NCBI GenBank assembly: GCA_011389865.1
Contig: JAABTL010000004.1
Location: 51,854-115,853 of the forward strand
Reading direction: 5' to 3'
Length of the DNA stretch: 64,000 nt
Source of the DNA: Trueperaceae bacterium
GTDB taxonomy: Bacteria; Deinococcota; Deinococci; Deinococcales; Trueperaceae
This document shows, in pieces, positions 9,121-17,691 of this stretch. The position numbers and the translations under genes are program-made. Numbering within the stretch: position 1 is the stretch's first letter; the number at the start of each line of letters is the position of its first letter. The notes below the pieces were generated by a model. It searched no databases. It was not told where the DNA came from and was given only the letters and a program-made list of their open reading frames with translations.

Positions 9121-9831
9121 ATGGGCCAGCTTCCCGAGCTGTTCGATCTCTCCCGCCTGCCTGAGGCGTGGGTCGGCCTCATCGATGCCGCGGCGCCGTG
9201 GACCGCCCTGACGCGGATGGACGCGCTGCTCGCCGGCATCCCCGATCGTCTCGACGGCGAGGTCCACCCGACCGCCGTGATCGAGGGTCCCGTGTGGCTC
9301 GAGACCGGCGCACGCATCGGTCCGTTCGCCTACGTGCAGGGGCCCGCCTGGATCATGGCCGGCGCGCAGGTCGGCCACGCGGCGATGCTGCGCGGCGGCG
9401 TCCTCATGGGGCCGCGGGCCAAGGTGGGGCACGCCAGCGAGGCGAAGCACGCCGTCCTGCTCGGCGGCGCTCAGGTGCCGCACTTCAACTACGTCGGCGA
9501 CGCGGTGATCGGGCACGACGTCAACCTCGGCGCCGGCGTCAAGCTCGCCAACCTGCGGGTGATGCCCGGCGGCGTGGCCGTGGGCGGCGTGGCCACCGGT
9601 CTGCGCAAGCTCGGAGCGATCCTCGGCGACGGCGTGTCGATCGGCTGCAACGCCGTGCTGGCGCCGGGAACCGTGATCGGCCGCGGCACCATCGTGTACG
9701 ACGGCGCCACCGTGCGCGGCGTGGTGCCCGCACGCAGCATCGTCAAGCTCCGCCCGGTCCTGGAGGTGGTCGACCGGCTCGATCCCGAGGCCACGAGCGC
9801 GGGCGGACGGGGCGGTGGCGCCGGCGGATGA
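9121..9831 (+). CDS. hexapeptide-repeat (left-handed beta-helix) acyl/acetyltransferase-family protein
   Basis: ORF 8692..9831 trimmed to MGQLPELFDL. Repeated [LIV]G-x4 hexapeptides, e.g. IGHDVNLGAGVKLANL and LGDGVSIGCNAVLAPGTVIG. Confidence 0.8.
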   Translation: MGQLPELFDLSRLPEAWVGLIDAAAPWTALTRMDALLAGIPDRLDGEVHPTAVIEGPVWLETGARIGPFAYVQGPAWIMAGAQVGHAAMLRGGVLMGPRAKVGHASEAKHAVLLGGAQVPHFNYVGDAVIGHDVNLGAGVKLANLRVMPGGVAVGGVATGLRKLGAILGDGVSIGCNAVLAPGTVIGRGTIVYDGATVRGVVPARSIVKLRPVLEVVDRLDPEATSAGGRGGGAGG

Positions 9832-10532
9832 TCCCCGTCCGGGACCACAACCCGCTCACGGGACCCGTGTGGGTCGTGTGGCTCCTGCTGCTCGCCGCCA
9901 CGGCCGGCTTCGTGCTGCCCTGGTGGTCGGCCCAGGAGGAGGGCCTGTGGCGCGCCGCCGTGGCCTTCGGCCTGACACCCGCGGCGCTCGTGGCGGAACC
10001 GCTGCGGCTGGCACCGACGCTGGCCACGCACGCCTTCCTCCACGGCAGCTGGGCGCACCTGCTCGGCAACCTGGTGTTCCTCTGGGTGTTCGGTGACAAC
10101 GTCGAGGACCGGCTGGGGCACCTGCGCTTCCTGGCGTTCTACCTGCTCGGCGCCGCGGTCGCCGCCCTCGCCCACGCGCTCGTCACGCCCGAGCCCGGCG
10201 TTCCGCTGATCGGCGCCTCGGGCGCCATCAGCGCCGTCCTGGGCGCCTACGTGCGCTTCTTCCCGACCCGCCGGGTGCAGGCCGTGGTGGTGCCGCTCGT
10301 GCTGCCGTGGCTGGCCCTGCGGGTGCTCTTCGGCGTCGGCCCGTTCTTCCTGTGGACGCTCCCAGCTTGGTCGTACCTCGGCTACTGGGCGCTGGTGCAG
10401 GTATTGGAGGGCGTCTCGGGGCTGCACGTGGTCGGCGGTGGCGTCGCCTGGTGGGCCCACGTCGGCGGGTTCGCGTTCGGGTTGGCGTTCGCGCCCGCGT
10501 TCGCCCGCCGTTCCGCCCCGGCGTGGCGCTGA
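9828..10532 (+). CDS. rhomboid family intramembrane serine protease
   Basis: ORF 9168..10532 trimmed to MIPVRDHNP (ATGA overlap with the LbH stop). Motifs: HGSWAHLLGNLVFLWVFG, catalytic GASGAISAVLGA, AHVGGFAFG. Confidence 0.9.
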   Translation: MIPVRDHNPLTGPVWVVWLLLLAATAGFVLPWWSAQEEGLWRAAVAFGLTPAALVAEPLRLAPTLATHAFLHGSWAHLLGNLVFLWVFGDNVEDRLGHLRFLAFYLLGAAVAALAHALVTPEPGVPLIGASGAISAVLGAYVRFFPTRRVQAVVVPLVLPWLALRVLFGVGPFFLWTLPAWSYLGYWALVQVLEGVSGLHVVGGGVAWWAHVGGFAFGLAFAPAFARRSAPAWR

Positions 10533-10561
10533 GGCGACCCGGCGGGGCGGCCGGCGGGGCC

Positions 10562-11092
10562 TCAGCGGGCGGGCTCGATCAGGCCGTAGTCGCCGTCGTG
10601 GCGCAAGTAGATGACGCTGATGAGGTCGGTGTCGACGTTGCGGAAGAGGTAGAAGTTGTGCCCGAGTGATTCCATCTCGATGGCGGCGTCCTCGGCCGAC
10701 ATCGGGCGCAGCACGTGGCGCTTGGTCCGCACCAGGGTCGGCTCGCGCTCGGCGGGCTCCTCCTCGGCGACCGGCGCCGGCGCCTCGCCGCGCTTGTCGC
10801 GCAGCCGCTGCTTGAAGCGCTTGAGCTGGCGCTCGAGCTTGTCGACCACGAGGTCGACGGCGGCGTAGCTGTCGGCGCCGCGCTCCTCGGCGCGGACGAT
10901 GCCGTTGGGGACGTTGATCTGCACCTCGACCTTGGCCGGCTCGCCGCCGATGCGCTCGTCGTACGACATGACCACGCGGGCGTCGACGATCTGGTCGAAG
11001 AAGCGGTCCAGCCGCTCCAGCTTGTCCTCCGCGTAGGACCGCATGGCGTCGCTGATCTCGATGTTGCGCCCGATGAGTTGGTAGATGTTCAT
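10562..11092 (-). CDS. hpf: ribosome hibernation promoting factor, long form (HPF/RaiA)
   Basis: MNIYQLIGRNIEISDAMRSYAEDKLERLDRFF... plus the C-terminal dimerisation domain ...HNFYLFRNVDTDLISVIYLRHDGDYGLIEP. GGAGGAGG SD upstream. Confidence 0.92.
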   Translation of the reverse strand: MNIYQLIGRNIEISDAMRSYAEDKLERLDRFFDQIVDARVVMSYDERIGGEPAKVEVQINVPNGIVRAEERGADSYAAVDLVVDKLERQLKRFKQRLRDKRGEAPAPVAEEEPAEREPTLVRTKRHVLRPMSAEDAAIEMESLGHNFYLFRNVDTDLISVIYLRHDGDYGLIEPAR

Positions 11093-11253
11093 CGAAGCCT
11101 CCTCCTGGCCGCCGAGGGCCACGAACGCGCCTGCTGGTGACCCCAGTCTACCAGTCGGGCACCGCCGTCCCGACCCCGCGGGACGGGCCGCGACGCGGCG
11201 ACGGCGGACCTGGGCCGCACGTCGGGCACGCGTCCTGGAGGGCGCGGGGCGCA

Positions 11254-11262
11254 TGCTAGCGT
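11254..11262 (+). promoter_or_regulatory. extended -10 TGcTAGCGT for the HxlR-family gene (leaderless)
   Basis: TGCTAGCGT, then 7 nt, then ATG 11270. The box overlaps the longest-ORF GTG at 11261, which argues for the ATG 11270 start. Confidence 0.55.
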
Positions 11263-11269
11263 GTCGGCG

Positions 11270-11638
11270 ATGGACGAACCGACGGCGAGCCAGCGTTGCC
11301 CAGCGGTGCAAGGCATCGAGGTGCTGCAGGAGAAGTGGGTGCTGCACATCGTGCACGCGCTGCTCAGCGGCCCGAAGGGCTTCAACGCCATCGGGCGCCA
11401 GGTCGGCGGCTGCAATCCGACGACGCTCACGCAACGGCTCACGCGCCTCGAGACGATCGGCCTGATCGTCAAGGCGGAGGGCGACGGCACCTGCCGCGCC
11501 TGCTACCGGCTCACCGAGGCCGGGGCGCAACTCGAGGGCGTCATCGGCGCGATCCACCGATGGGCCGACGCGCATCTCGTCGCCGATGGCATCGCCAGCG
11601 GCGCGACGCCGACGGCTGCCCACGACGCCCACGCCTAG
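11270..11638 (+). CDS. HxlR-family winged-helix transcriptional regulator
   Basis: CPAVQGIEVLQEKWVLHIVHALLSGPKGFNAIGRQVGGCNPTTLTQRLTRLETIGLI is typical HxlR/DUF24. Confidence 0.85.
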   Translation: MDEPTASQRCPAVQGIEVLQEKWVLHIVHALLSGPKGFNAIGRQVGGCNPTTLTQRLTRLETIGLIVKAEGDGTCRACYRLTEAGAQLEGVIGAIHRWADAHLVADGIASGATPTAAHDAHA

Positions 11639-11644
11639 ATCGCG

Positions 11645-12304
11645 TCAGGAGCGACGGCCGAAGAGCCCCTTGGGTCGCTGGCGTTCCGTGTCGAGTTGGG
11701 CCTGCAGGTTCTTCGCGAGTTCCTTGTACTTCGTCAGCCGTGCCTGGAGCGAGGCGTTCTCGCCGCGGAGCTGGGCGACCTCCGCCCGCAGCCGTCCGAG
11801 CTCGCTCGCCGCCTGCGGGCCGAGCGCGCCGCCAGCGTAGCCGATCCCGTCGCCGTCCGCCGCGCCGGGCGCGGGGCCGAAGTCGGCCGGGTCGTGCTCC
11901 GCGAGGCGTGCGTCCGTCGGCTGGCGGATCAGCCGCAGCACGCGCTCCCGCAGGTTCTTGTCGCCCAGCGGGCGCTGCAGCAGCAGTTCGGCGCCGACGG
12001 CGCGCGCGCGGGAGCGGGTGGACTCGTCCAGCCCGCCGCCCTCCGCCGGGTGGGCCAACAGCACCACCGGTACCCTGGCGAGCCGGCCGACGACCTTGAG
12101 CTTCTGGCACAGCGCGAAGCCGTCGATGTCGGGCAGCTCCACCGCCAGCAGCGCGACCGCGGGCGTGTGCTCGCGCAGGTAGGCGAGCGCCGCCTCGCTC
12201 GTCTCGACCAGGGTGACGTCGAAATCGTCCGCGGTGAGCAGCAGGTCGATCATCTGCAGCTGCATGTGGTTCGGCTCGGCAACGAGGATGGCAGGTCGTT
12301 CCAT
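11645..12304 (-). CDS. degenerate response-regulator receiver domain fused to a C-terminal coiled coil
   Basis: CheY-like fold pattern (AILVAEPN..., ALLAVELPDIDG, VPVVLLAH, LLLQRPL) with the acidic pocket and phospho-acceptor substituted. The C-terminus ASELGRLRAEVAQLRGENASLQARLTKYKELAKNLQAQLD is coiled coil. Start set at ATG 12304 using the -10 at 12313-12321. Confidence 0.7.
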   Translation of the reverse strand: MERPAILVAEPNHMQLQMIDLLLTADDFDVTLVETSEAALAYLREHTPAVALLAVELPDIDGFALCQKLKVVGRLARVPVVLLAHPAEGGGLDESTRSRARAVGAELLLQRPLGDKNLRERVLRLIRQPTDARLAEHDPADFGPAPGAADGDGIGYAGGALGPQAASELGRLRAEVAQLRGENASLQARLTKYKELAKNLQAQLDTERQRPKGLFGRRS

Positions 12305-12312
12305 CGCAGGAA

Positions 12313-12321
12313 ACGCTAGCA
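12313..12321 (-). promoter_or_regulatory. extended -10 TGcTAGCGT for the receiver-domain gene (leaderless)
   Basis: Minus-strand TGCTAGCGT, then 8 nt, then ATG 12304. The 9-mer is identical to the one upstream of the HxlR gene. Confidence 0.55.
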
Positions 12322-12445
12322 CGCCCTCCCGCGTAGCCGCGTACCGGACGCACGCGCGAGGGGCAGGCGCCGAGACGTTCGCGGCGATGGCCGTCGATCA
12401 GGTCGGTCGTCAGCAGGGGGACGGCCGCTTCCGCGGGACCGGCGC

Positions 12446-12685
12446 TCAGTGATGCGACGGCCGCGGCAGGTCGGCGATCAGCACCATGCGATCGCCATGC
12501 TGCTCGAAGCGGACGTCGAGGTCGTCGCCGTCGGCGGGGAAGTACTTCTCGACCACCCCGAGCAGCTCGCGCTTGAGCTGCTCCATCTTGCCCGGAGACA
12601 GCCTCGCGCGGTCATACGACAGGACCAGCTTCAGGCGCTGCTTGAGGTCGTCCTTGCTCCTACGGCGGCGGAAGAAGCCGAACAC
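12446..12685 (-). CDS. minE: cell division topological specificity factor MinE
   Basis: ORF 12446..12823 trimmed to GTG 12685, which lies 1 nt after the minD stop. (M)FGFFRRRRSKDDLKQRLKLVLSYDRARLSPGKMEQLKRELLGVV... matches the MinE N-terminal MTS and anti-MinCD region. Confidence 0.8.
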   Translation of the reverse strand: MFGFFRRRRSKDDLKQRLKLVLSYDRARLSPGKMEQLKRELLGVVEKYFPADGDDLDVRFEQHGDRMVLIADLPRPSHH

Positions 12686-12686
12686 G

Positions 12687-13499
12687 TCAACGGCTCCCGA
12701 AGAGTCGCCGCAGGCCGGAGAAGACGCCCTTGGAGCCGTCGAGATCGGGGTAGGCGACGTCCTCGCCGCCGATGCGGCGGGCGATGTCGCGGAAGGCGCT
12801 GCCGGCGGTGGTCTTGGCGCCACCGTCTTCGAGGGCGGCGGGGTTGCCGACGTTGGTCGACACCAGCACGCGTTCGTCCTCCGGGACGATGCCGATCAGC
12901 TTGACGCCGAGGATGTCGAGGACGTCGCTGACCTCGAGCATGTCGCCACGCTTGACCATCTTGGGGCGCAAACGGTTGATGATCAGGCGGACCTCGGTGA
13001 TCTCCCGCGCCTCCAGCAGGCCGATGATGCGGTCGGCGTCGCGCACGCTCGACACCTCGGGGTTGACCACCACGAGCGCGCCCTGCGCGGCGACGGCGGC
13101 CGTCTGGAAGCCGGTCTCGATGCCGGCGGGGCTGTCGATGAGCACCCGATCGAAGCCCTCGTCCTCCAGCAGCGCCCGCACCGTCTCCCGCATGCGCGAC
13201 TCCGACAGGGCCGTCTTGTCCTTCGTCTGCGAGGCCGCGATCAGATGCAGCGTCTCGACGCGCTTGTCCCGGATCAGGGCCTGCCGCAGCTTGCAGCGCC
13301 CCTCGAAGACGTCGATGAGGTCGAACACGACCCGGCCCTCGAGGCCCATGACGACGTCGAGGTTGCGCAGGCCGACGTCGGTGTCGATGACGGCGACGCG
13401 CTCGCCGAGCTTGGCCAGCGCCGCTCCCACGTTCGCCGTGGTGGTCGTCTTGCCCACGCCGCCCTTGCCCGAGGTCACCACGATGGCTTTCGCGTTCAC
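12687..13499 (-). CDS. minD: septum site-determining ATPase MinD
   Basis: Deviant Walker A SGKGGVGKTT. The C-terminal amphipathic tail KGVFSGLRRLFGSR resembles the MinD membrane-targeting sequence. 270 aa. GGAGGAGG SD and a TACCAT -10 at 13546-13551. Confidence 0.95.
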   Translation of the reverse strand: MNAKAIVVTSGKGGVGKTTTTANVGAALAKLGERVAVIDTDVGLRNLDVVMGLEGRVVFDLIDVFEGRCKLRQALIRDKRVETLHLIAASQTKDKTALSESRMRETVRALLEDEGFDRVLIDSPAGIETGFQTAAVAAQGALVVVNPEVSSVRDADRIIGLLEAREITEVRLIINRLRPKMVKRGDMLEVSDVLDILGVKLIGIVPEDERVLVSTNVGNPAALEDGGAKTTAGSAFRDIARRIGGEDVAYPDLDGSKGVFSGLRRLFGSR

Positions 13500-13581
13500 A
13501 AGCGTCCCTGCCTCCTCCGAGCCGGCCCCGCCGGCCGTAGGCGCGATGGTACCACCCCTCGGCCGCCGTGCCCGGCCGGCG

Positions 13582-15846
13582 TCACGCCGGGCTGAGGTTG
13601 GCGAAGCGCAGCAGCAGGCGCTTGGCGCCGGCCTTCTCGAAGACCACCGTCACCTCGGCCTTGGCGCCCTCGCCGCGGACGCCGACGACCGTGCCGCCGC
13701 CGAAGCTCGGGTGCCGGACCCGCTCCCCGCCGCGAAAGCTCACGGGCGCCGCGGCGGGGGCGCCCGTCCCCGCGGAAGCACCGCCGGCTCCCACCACCGG
13801 CGGCGTCCAGCCACCGCGCGAGGGGCGCGGCAGGGCGCCGGGCCCACCGCCGCGTCCGCCCGACTGGGGTTGGCCCAGCGCGTCGACCTCCTGCCACATG
13901 CCGCGCGGCACGTCTTCCAGGAAGCGGGAGGGTCGCGCGAACTCCGTGCGCCCGAAGGTCATGCGCGAGGCGCAGTGCACCAGCACCAGGCGCTCCTGCG
14001 CCCGCGTGATGCCCACGTAGAGCAGCCGCCGCTCCTCCTCGAGCTCCGGCAGGCTGCCGCTCGCCGAACGGTGGGGGATCAGGCCCTCCTCCAAGCCGAC
14101 GAGCAGCACCAGCGGGAACTCGAGCCCCTTGGCGTTGTGCAGCGTCATCAGCGTCACCGACGAAGCCGGGACGTCGTCGTTGGCGGCCGCGACCGCGCGG
14201 TCGTCGACGCTGGCGAGCAGGGCGGCCTCGTCCAGGAAGTCGCCGATGCCGCCGCCGGTCTCGTCCTCCCACTCGGCGACCGCGGAGACGAGCTCGTCGA
14301 GGTTCTCCATGCGCCCGCGGGCCTCGAAGCTGCCCTCGTCGCGCAGGGCCTGCAGGTAGCCGCTCTGGTCGAGCACGGCCTTGAGGAAGGCGGTGGCGGA
14401 GAGGGTCGCGGCGGCCTCCGCGAGGTCGTCCATCAGCGCGGCGAAGTCACGCAGCCGCGCCACCGCGCCGGTCCCGGGCACCACCTCTTCGGCGCGCAGG
14501 ACCGCGTCCGAGAAGCGGACCCGCTGGCGCGCGGCCCACGCCACCAGCGCGTCCTCGGTGGTACGGCCGATGCCGCGCTTGGGCCGCGCCAGGATGCGGC
14601 GCCAGCTGACGTCGTCGGCGGGGTTGAGGGCGGCCCGGGCGTACGACAGCACGTCCTTGACCTCTTTGCGCTCGTAGAAGCCGACGCCGCCGACGATCTT
14701 GGCCGGGATGCCCGCCTTGCGCAGCGATTCCTCCACCACCCGCGACTGCGCGTTGGTCCGATAGAGCACCGCCACGTCGTCGTAGCTGCCGCCCTGGGCG
14801 AGCCAGGCCTCGACCTCGCGGGCGACGAAGTCGGCCTCGGCCCGGTGGTCGTTGGCGCGGAACAGCGCGACGGGCTCGCCGTCGCCCTTCGCCGGCCGCA
14901 GCACCTTCTCCAGCCGGCCCTGGTTCTGCTCGATCAGGGCGTTCGCCAGCTTGAGCACCGAGCCGACCGAGCGGTAGTTGGTCTCGAGTCGGTACACCGC
15001 GGCGTCGTGGTAGTCCCGCTGGAAGTCGAGGATGTTGCGCAGGTCGGCGCCGCGGAAGGCGTAGATCGACTGGTCCGGGTCGCCGACGGCGACCAGGTTG
15101 CGGCGCTCGCCGGCGAGCTGCTGGGTGAGGCGGTACTGGGCGGCGTTGGTGTCCTGGTACTCGTCGACGTGGACGAAGACCGCGCGCTGCTGTACCCGCT
15201 CGAGCACCTCGGGCGCCGCGTCGAACAGCTCGACCGTGCGGCCGAGGATGTCGTTGAAGTCGACCGCGTTCGCCTGCCGCAGCCTCGCCTGGTAGCGGGC
15301 GAACACCTCGCCGACGAGCTCGATCGGCAGGCCGCCGACCTCCCGGCCCCAGGCCCTGCCGGCGGCCTCCTCGAACGCCTCGGGCGACCACAGGTTCGAC
15401 TTGGCGCGGTCGATCACCGATCGCAGCGCCCGCGGGTTGCCATCCTCCAGCCCGCGGACGGACTGGAGGACGTCCTTGAGGACGTCGAGCTGGTCGCCGT
15501 CGTCGTAGATGCCGAAGCCGCGCTCGAGGCCGACATGGTCGCCGTAGGTGCGCAGCACCCGCAGGCAGGCGGAGTGGAAGGTGGCGACCCACAGGTCGCG
15601 GGCCGGTGGCCCGATCAACTCCGAGACGCGCTCGCGCAGCTCGCCCGCCGCCTTGTTGGTGAAGGTGACGGCCAGCACCTCGTGCGGCCTGACGGCGTGC
15701 TCGCGCATGAGGTAGGCGATGCGGTGCACGACGGTGCGGGTCTTGCCCGAGCCGGCGCCGGCGACCACCAGCGCGGGGCCGGTCGCGTGCATGACGGCCC
15801 GGCGCTGGGCGTCGTTGAGGGGATCGAGGAGGGGGTCGCTCGCCAC
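13582..15846 (-). CDS. uvrD: ATP-dependent DNA helicase UvrD/PcrA
   Basis: LNDAQRRAV..., AGAGSGKTRT, VTFTNKAAGELRER, and a C-terminal Tudor-like tail GERVRHPSFGGGTVV. 754 aa, GTG start. Confidence 0.93.
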   Translation of the reverse strand: MASDPLLDPLNDAQRRAVMHATGPALVVAGAGSGKTRTVVHRIAYLMREHAVRPHEVLAVTFTNKAAGELRERVSELIGPPARDLWVATFHSACLRVLRTYGDHVGLERGFGIYDDGDQLDVLKDVLQSVRGLEDGNPRALRSVIDRAKSNLWSPEAFEEAAGRAWGREVGGLPIELVGEVFARYQARLRQANAVDFNDILGRTVELFDAAPEVLERVQQRAVFVHVDEYQDTNAAQYRLTQQLAGERRNLVAVGDPDQSIYAFRGADLRNILDFQRDYHDAAVYRLETNYRSVGSVLKLANALIEQNQGRLEKVLRPAKGDGEPVALFRANDHRAEADFVAREVEAWLAQGGSYDDVAVLYRTNAQSRVVEESLRKAGIPAKIVGGVGFYERKEVKDVLSYARAALNPADDVSWRRILARPKRGIGRTTEDALVAWAARQRVRFSDAVLRAEEVVPGTGAVARLRDFAALMDDLAEAAATLSATAFLKAVLDQSGYLQALRDEGSFEARGRMENLDELVSAVAEWEDETGGGIGDFLDEAALLASVDDRAVAAANDDVPASSVTLMTLHNAKGLEFPLVLLVGLEEGLIPHRSASGSLPELEEERRLLYVGITRAQERLVLVHCASRMTFGRTEFARPSRFLEDVPRGMWQEVDALGQPQSGGRGGGPGALPRPSRGGWTPPVVGAGGASAGTGAPAAAPVSFRGGERVRHPSFGGGTVVGVRGEGAKAEVTVVFEKAGAKRLLLRFANLSPA

Positions 15847-15888
15847 GGCCGCCCAGCATACCGCCGGTTCACCGGCCCGCCGGCTCGC

Positions 15889-15955
15889 GGGCGCGACGCC
15901 CGACCCGCCCAGGGCGGGGACGCCCGCGCCCGCCCCGGGCGCGACGGCCGACCCG
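15889..15955. repeat. two copies of a 19-mer GGGCGCGACG(C/G)CCGACCCG, 48 bp apart, in the uvrD/P450 divergent region
   Basis: 15889-15907 and 15937-15955, 18 of 19 positions identical, read directly. Confidence 0.6.
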
Positions 15956-16010
15956 GGTGGGTCGCGCGGCCGCCGTGCCAGCGGGTCCCAGGACCGGGGT
16001 CGCGGGCGCG

Positions 16011-16016
16011 TACCAT
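16011..16016 (+). promoter_or_regulatory. -10 box TACCAT for the P450 gene (leaderless)
   Basis: TACCAT, then 6 nt, then ATG 16023. Confidence 0.55.
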
Positions 16017-16022
16017 GACGGC

Positions 16023-17249
16023 ATGCCCGTGCCCACGACCGGCGACCTGTTCCGCCCCACCGACCCCGACTTCCTGCAGGACCCTTACCCGACCTACGCG
16101 CGGCTGCGCGTCGAGGCGCCGATCGCCTGGTACGCGGGCTGGGGGAAGTGGATCGTCACCCGCCACCGCGACGTCGACGCCCTGCTCCGCGACCGCCGGC
16201 TCGGCCGCGTCGACCACCACCTGACGCCCGCCACCGAGCGGGCGCCCGGGAACCCCGCGCACGCCGCCTTCGACGCGATCCAGGCCGGTTCGCTGCTCGA
16301 GATCGAGCCGCCGGACCATACCCGCGTCAAGCAGGTGGTCCACGACGTGTTCACGCCGCGGCACGTGCGGGCGCTGCGCTCGCGCATCGAGGCGCTGGTC
16401 GAGGGCCTGCTCGATGGCCTCGAGGCGCGCGGCGCGGGCGGTTTCGACCTGATCCGGGACTTCGCCGAGCCGATCCCAGTCACCGTCATCGCGGAACTCC
16501 TCGGGGTCGACGAGGCGGATCGCCACCGGCTGCTGCCGTGGTCGAAGGCGATCATCGGCATGTTCGAACCGGAGCGGACGCCCGCGATGGAGGCCGCCGC
16601 CGTGACGGCCGCTGGCGAGTTCGCCGGCTTCGTGCGCGACCTGATGGCGGCCAAGCGTCGCGAGAGCGCCGACGACCTGATCTCGCGCATGGTCGCCGTC
16701 CACGACGCGGACCCGGAGCGGCTGACCGAGGGCGAGGTCGTCGCCAACGCCATCCTCTTCCTCAACGCGGGGCACGAGGCCGTCGTCAACGTCAGCGGCA
16801 ACGGGATGCTGGCGCTCCTGCGCCACCCCGAACAGGCGCGCGCGGTGCGCGACGAGCCGGCACTGCTGCAGAGCGCGATCGAGGAGATGATGCGCTACGA
16901 CACGCCGCTGCAGTTCTTCGAGCGCCTCGTCCTCGAGGACATGACCTACGGCGGTCACGAGTGGCCGCAGGGCACCCGCCTGTGCCTCTACTACGCCGCC
17001 GCCAACCGCGACCCCGAGGTCTTCGCCGACCCCGAGCGCTTCGACGTGCGGCGGCACCCCAACCCCCACCTCGCCTTCGGGCTCGGCCTGCACTACTGCA
17101 TCGGCGCCCCGCTGGCGCGGCTGGAGCTCGCGGTGGCGTTGGGGGCGCTGCTGCGGCGGTTCCCGAGGATCGCGCTCGCGGGGGGCGAGCACCGCTTCCA
17201 GCCGAAGAACGTGTTCCGCTACCTCACGGAGTTGCGGGTTACGGTGTGA
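16023..17249 (+). CDS. cytochrome P450
   Basis: Heme-binding loop FGLGLHYCIGAPLARLE (FxxGxHxCxG). EEMMRYDTP (ExxR). I-helix NAGHEAV. Start trimmed from 15957 to MPVPTTGDLF. Confidence 0.9.
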   Translation: MPVPTTGDLFRPTDPDFLQDPYPTYARLRVEAPIAWYAGWGKWIVTRHRDVDALLRDRRLGRVDHHLTPATERAPGNPAHAAFDAIQAGSLLEIEPPDHTRVKQVVHDVFTPRHVRALRSRIEALVEGLLDGLEARGAGGFDLIRDFAEPIPVTVIAELLGVDEADRHRLLPWSKAIIGMFEPERTPAMEAAAVTAAGEFAGFVRDLMAAKRRESADDLISRMVAVHDADPERLTEGEVVANAILFLNAGHEAVVNVSGNGMLALLRHPEQARAVRDEPALLQSAIEEMMRYDTPLQFFERLVLEDMTYGGHEWPQGTRLCLYYAAANRDPEVFADPERFDVRRHPNPHLAFGLGLHYCIGAPLARLELAVALGALLRRFPRIALAGGEHRFQPKNVFRYLTELRVTV

Positions 17250-17276
17250 CGGCGGTGGCGAGGCGGCGCCCCGCGC

Positions 17277-17282
17277 TACACT
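17277..17282 (+). promoter_or_regulatory. -10 box TACACT for the 17290 ORF (leaderless)
   Basis: TACACT, then 7 nt, then ATG 17290. Confidence 0.55.
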
Positions 17283-17289
17283 GGGCGAC

Positions 17290-17691
17290 ATGAGCGACCG
17301 CGACAAGGCCTTCTACCGCGCGTGGGCCGCGCTGCTCGACGAGATGCGCGCCTACGCCAGCGAACGCGACGACGTGATCTTCCAGAAGGAGGCCGACTTC
17401 CCGGACTACATCTACCGGATGGAGCGGCCCTACGACCTGCCGACGATCGTCATGAGCGCCAGCCTCTCGCGGCCCGACGGCCACCCCGTGCTCATGCTCA
17501 ACGCCAGCCCGCGCCACACCGTGTTCAAGGAGGTCGTGGTGCACCCGTACGAGTCGCACGTCTACCGCAAGCTGACGCTCTCGGAGGGCGGCCACGGGCT
17601 GACCGAGGGGCCGCGGCCCTTCGACGGCGCCCGCCTGCGCGCCCTGGCCGACCAGCTCCTCGGGCCGGCGAAGCCGGCCACCGCGGCCTGA
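17290..17691 (+). CDS. hypothetical protein
   Basis: 133 aa with good coding bias and a leaderless promoter. No family recognised. Confidence 0.6.
   Translation: MSDRDKAFYRAWAALLDEMRAYASERDDVIFQKEADFPDYIYRMERPYDLPTIVMSASLSRPDGHPVLMLNASPRHTVFKEVVVHPYESHVYRKLTLSEGGHGLTEGPRPFDGARLRALADQLLGPAKPATAA

Noticed and set aside
17600-17691. Programmed -1 ribosomal frameshift joining the 17290 ORF to the Cys4 ORF.
   Set aside because: There is no X-XXY-YYZ slippery heptamer and no obvious downstream pseudoknot near the junction. A CTGA reinitiation or an assembly indel is more parsimonious. I kept it as an alternative in the finding, not as a claim.
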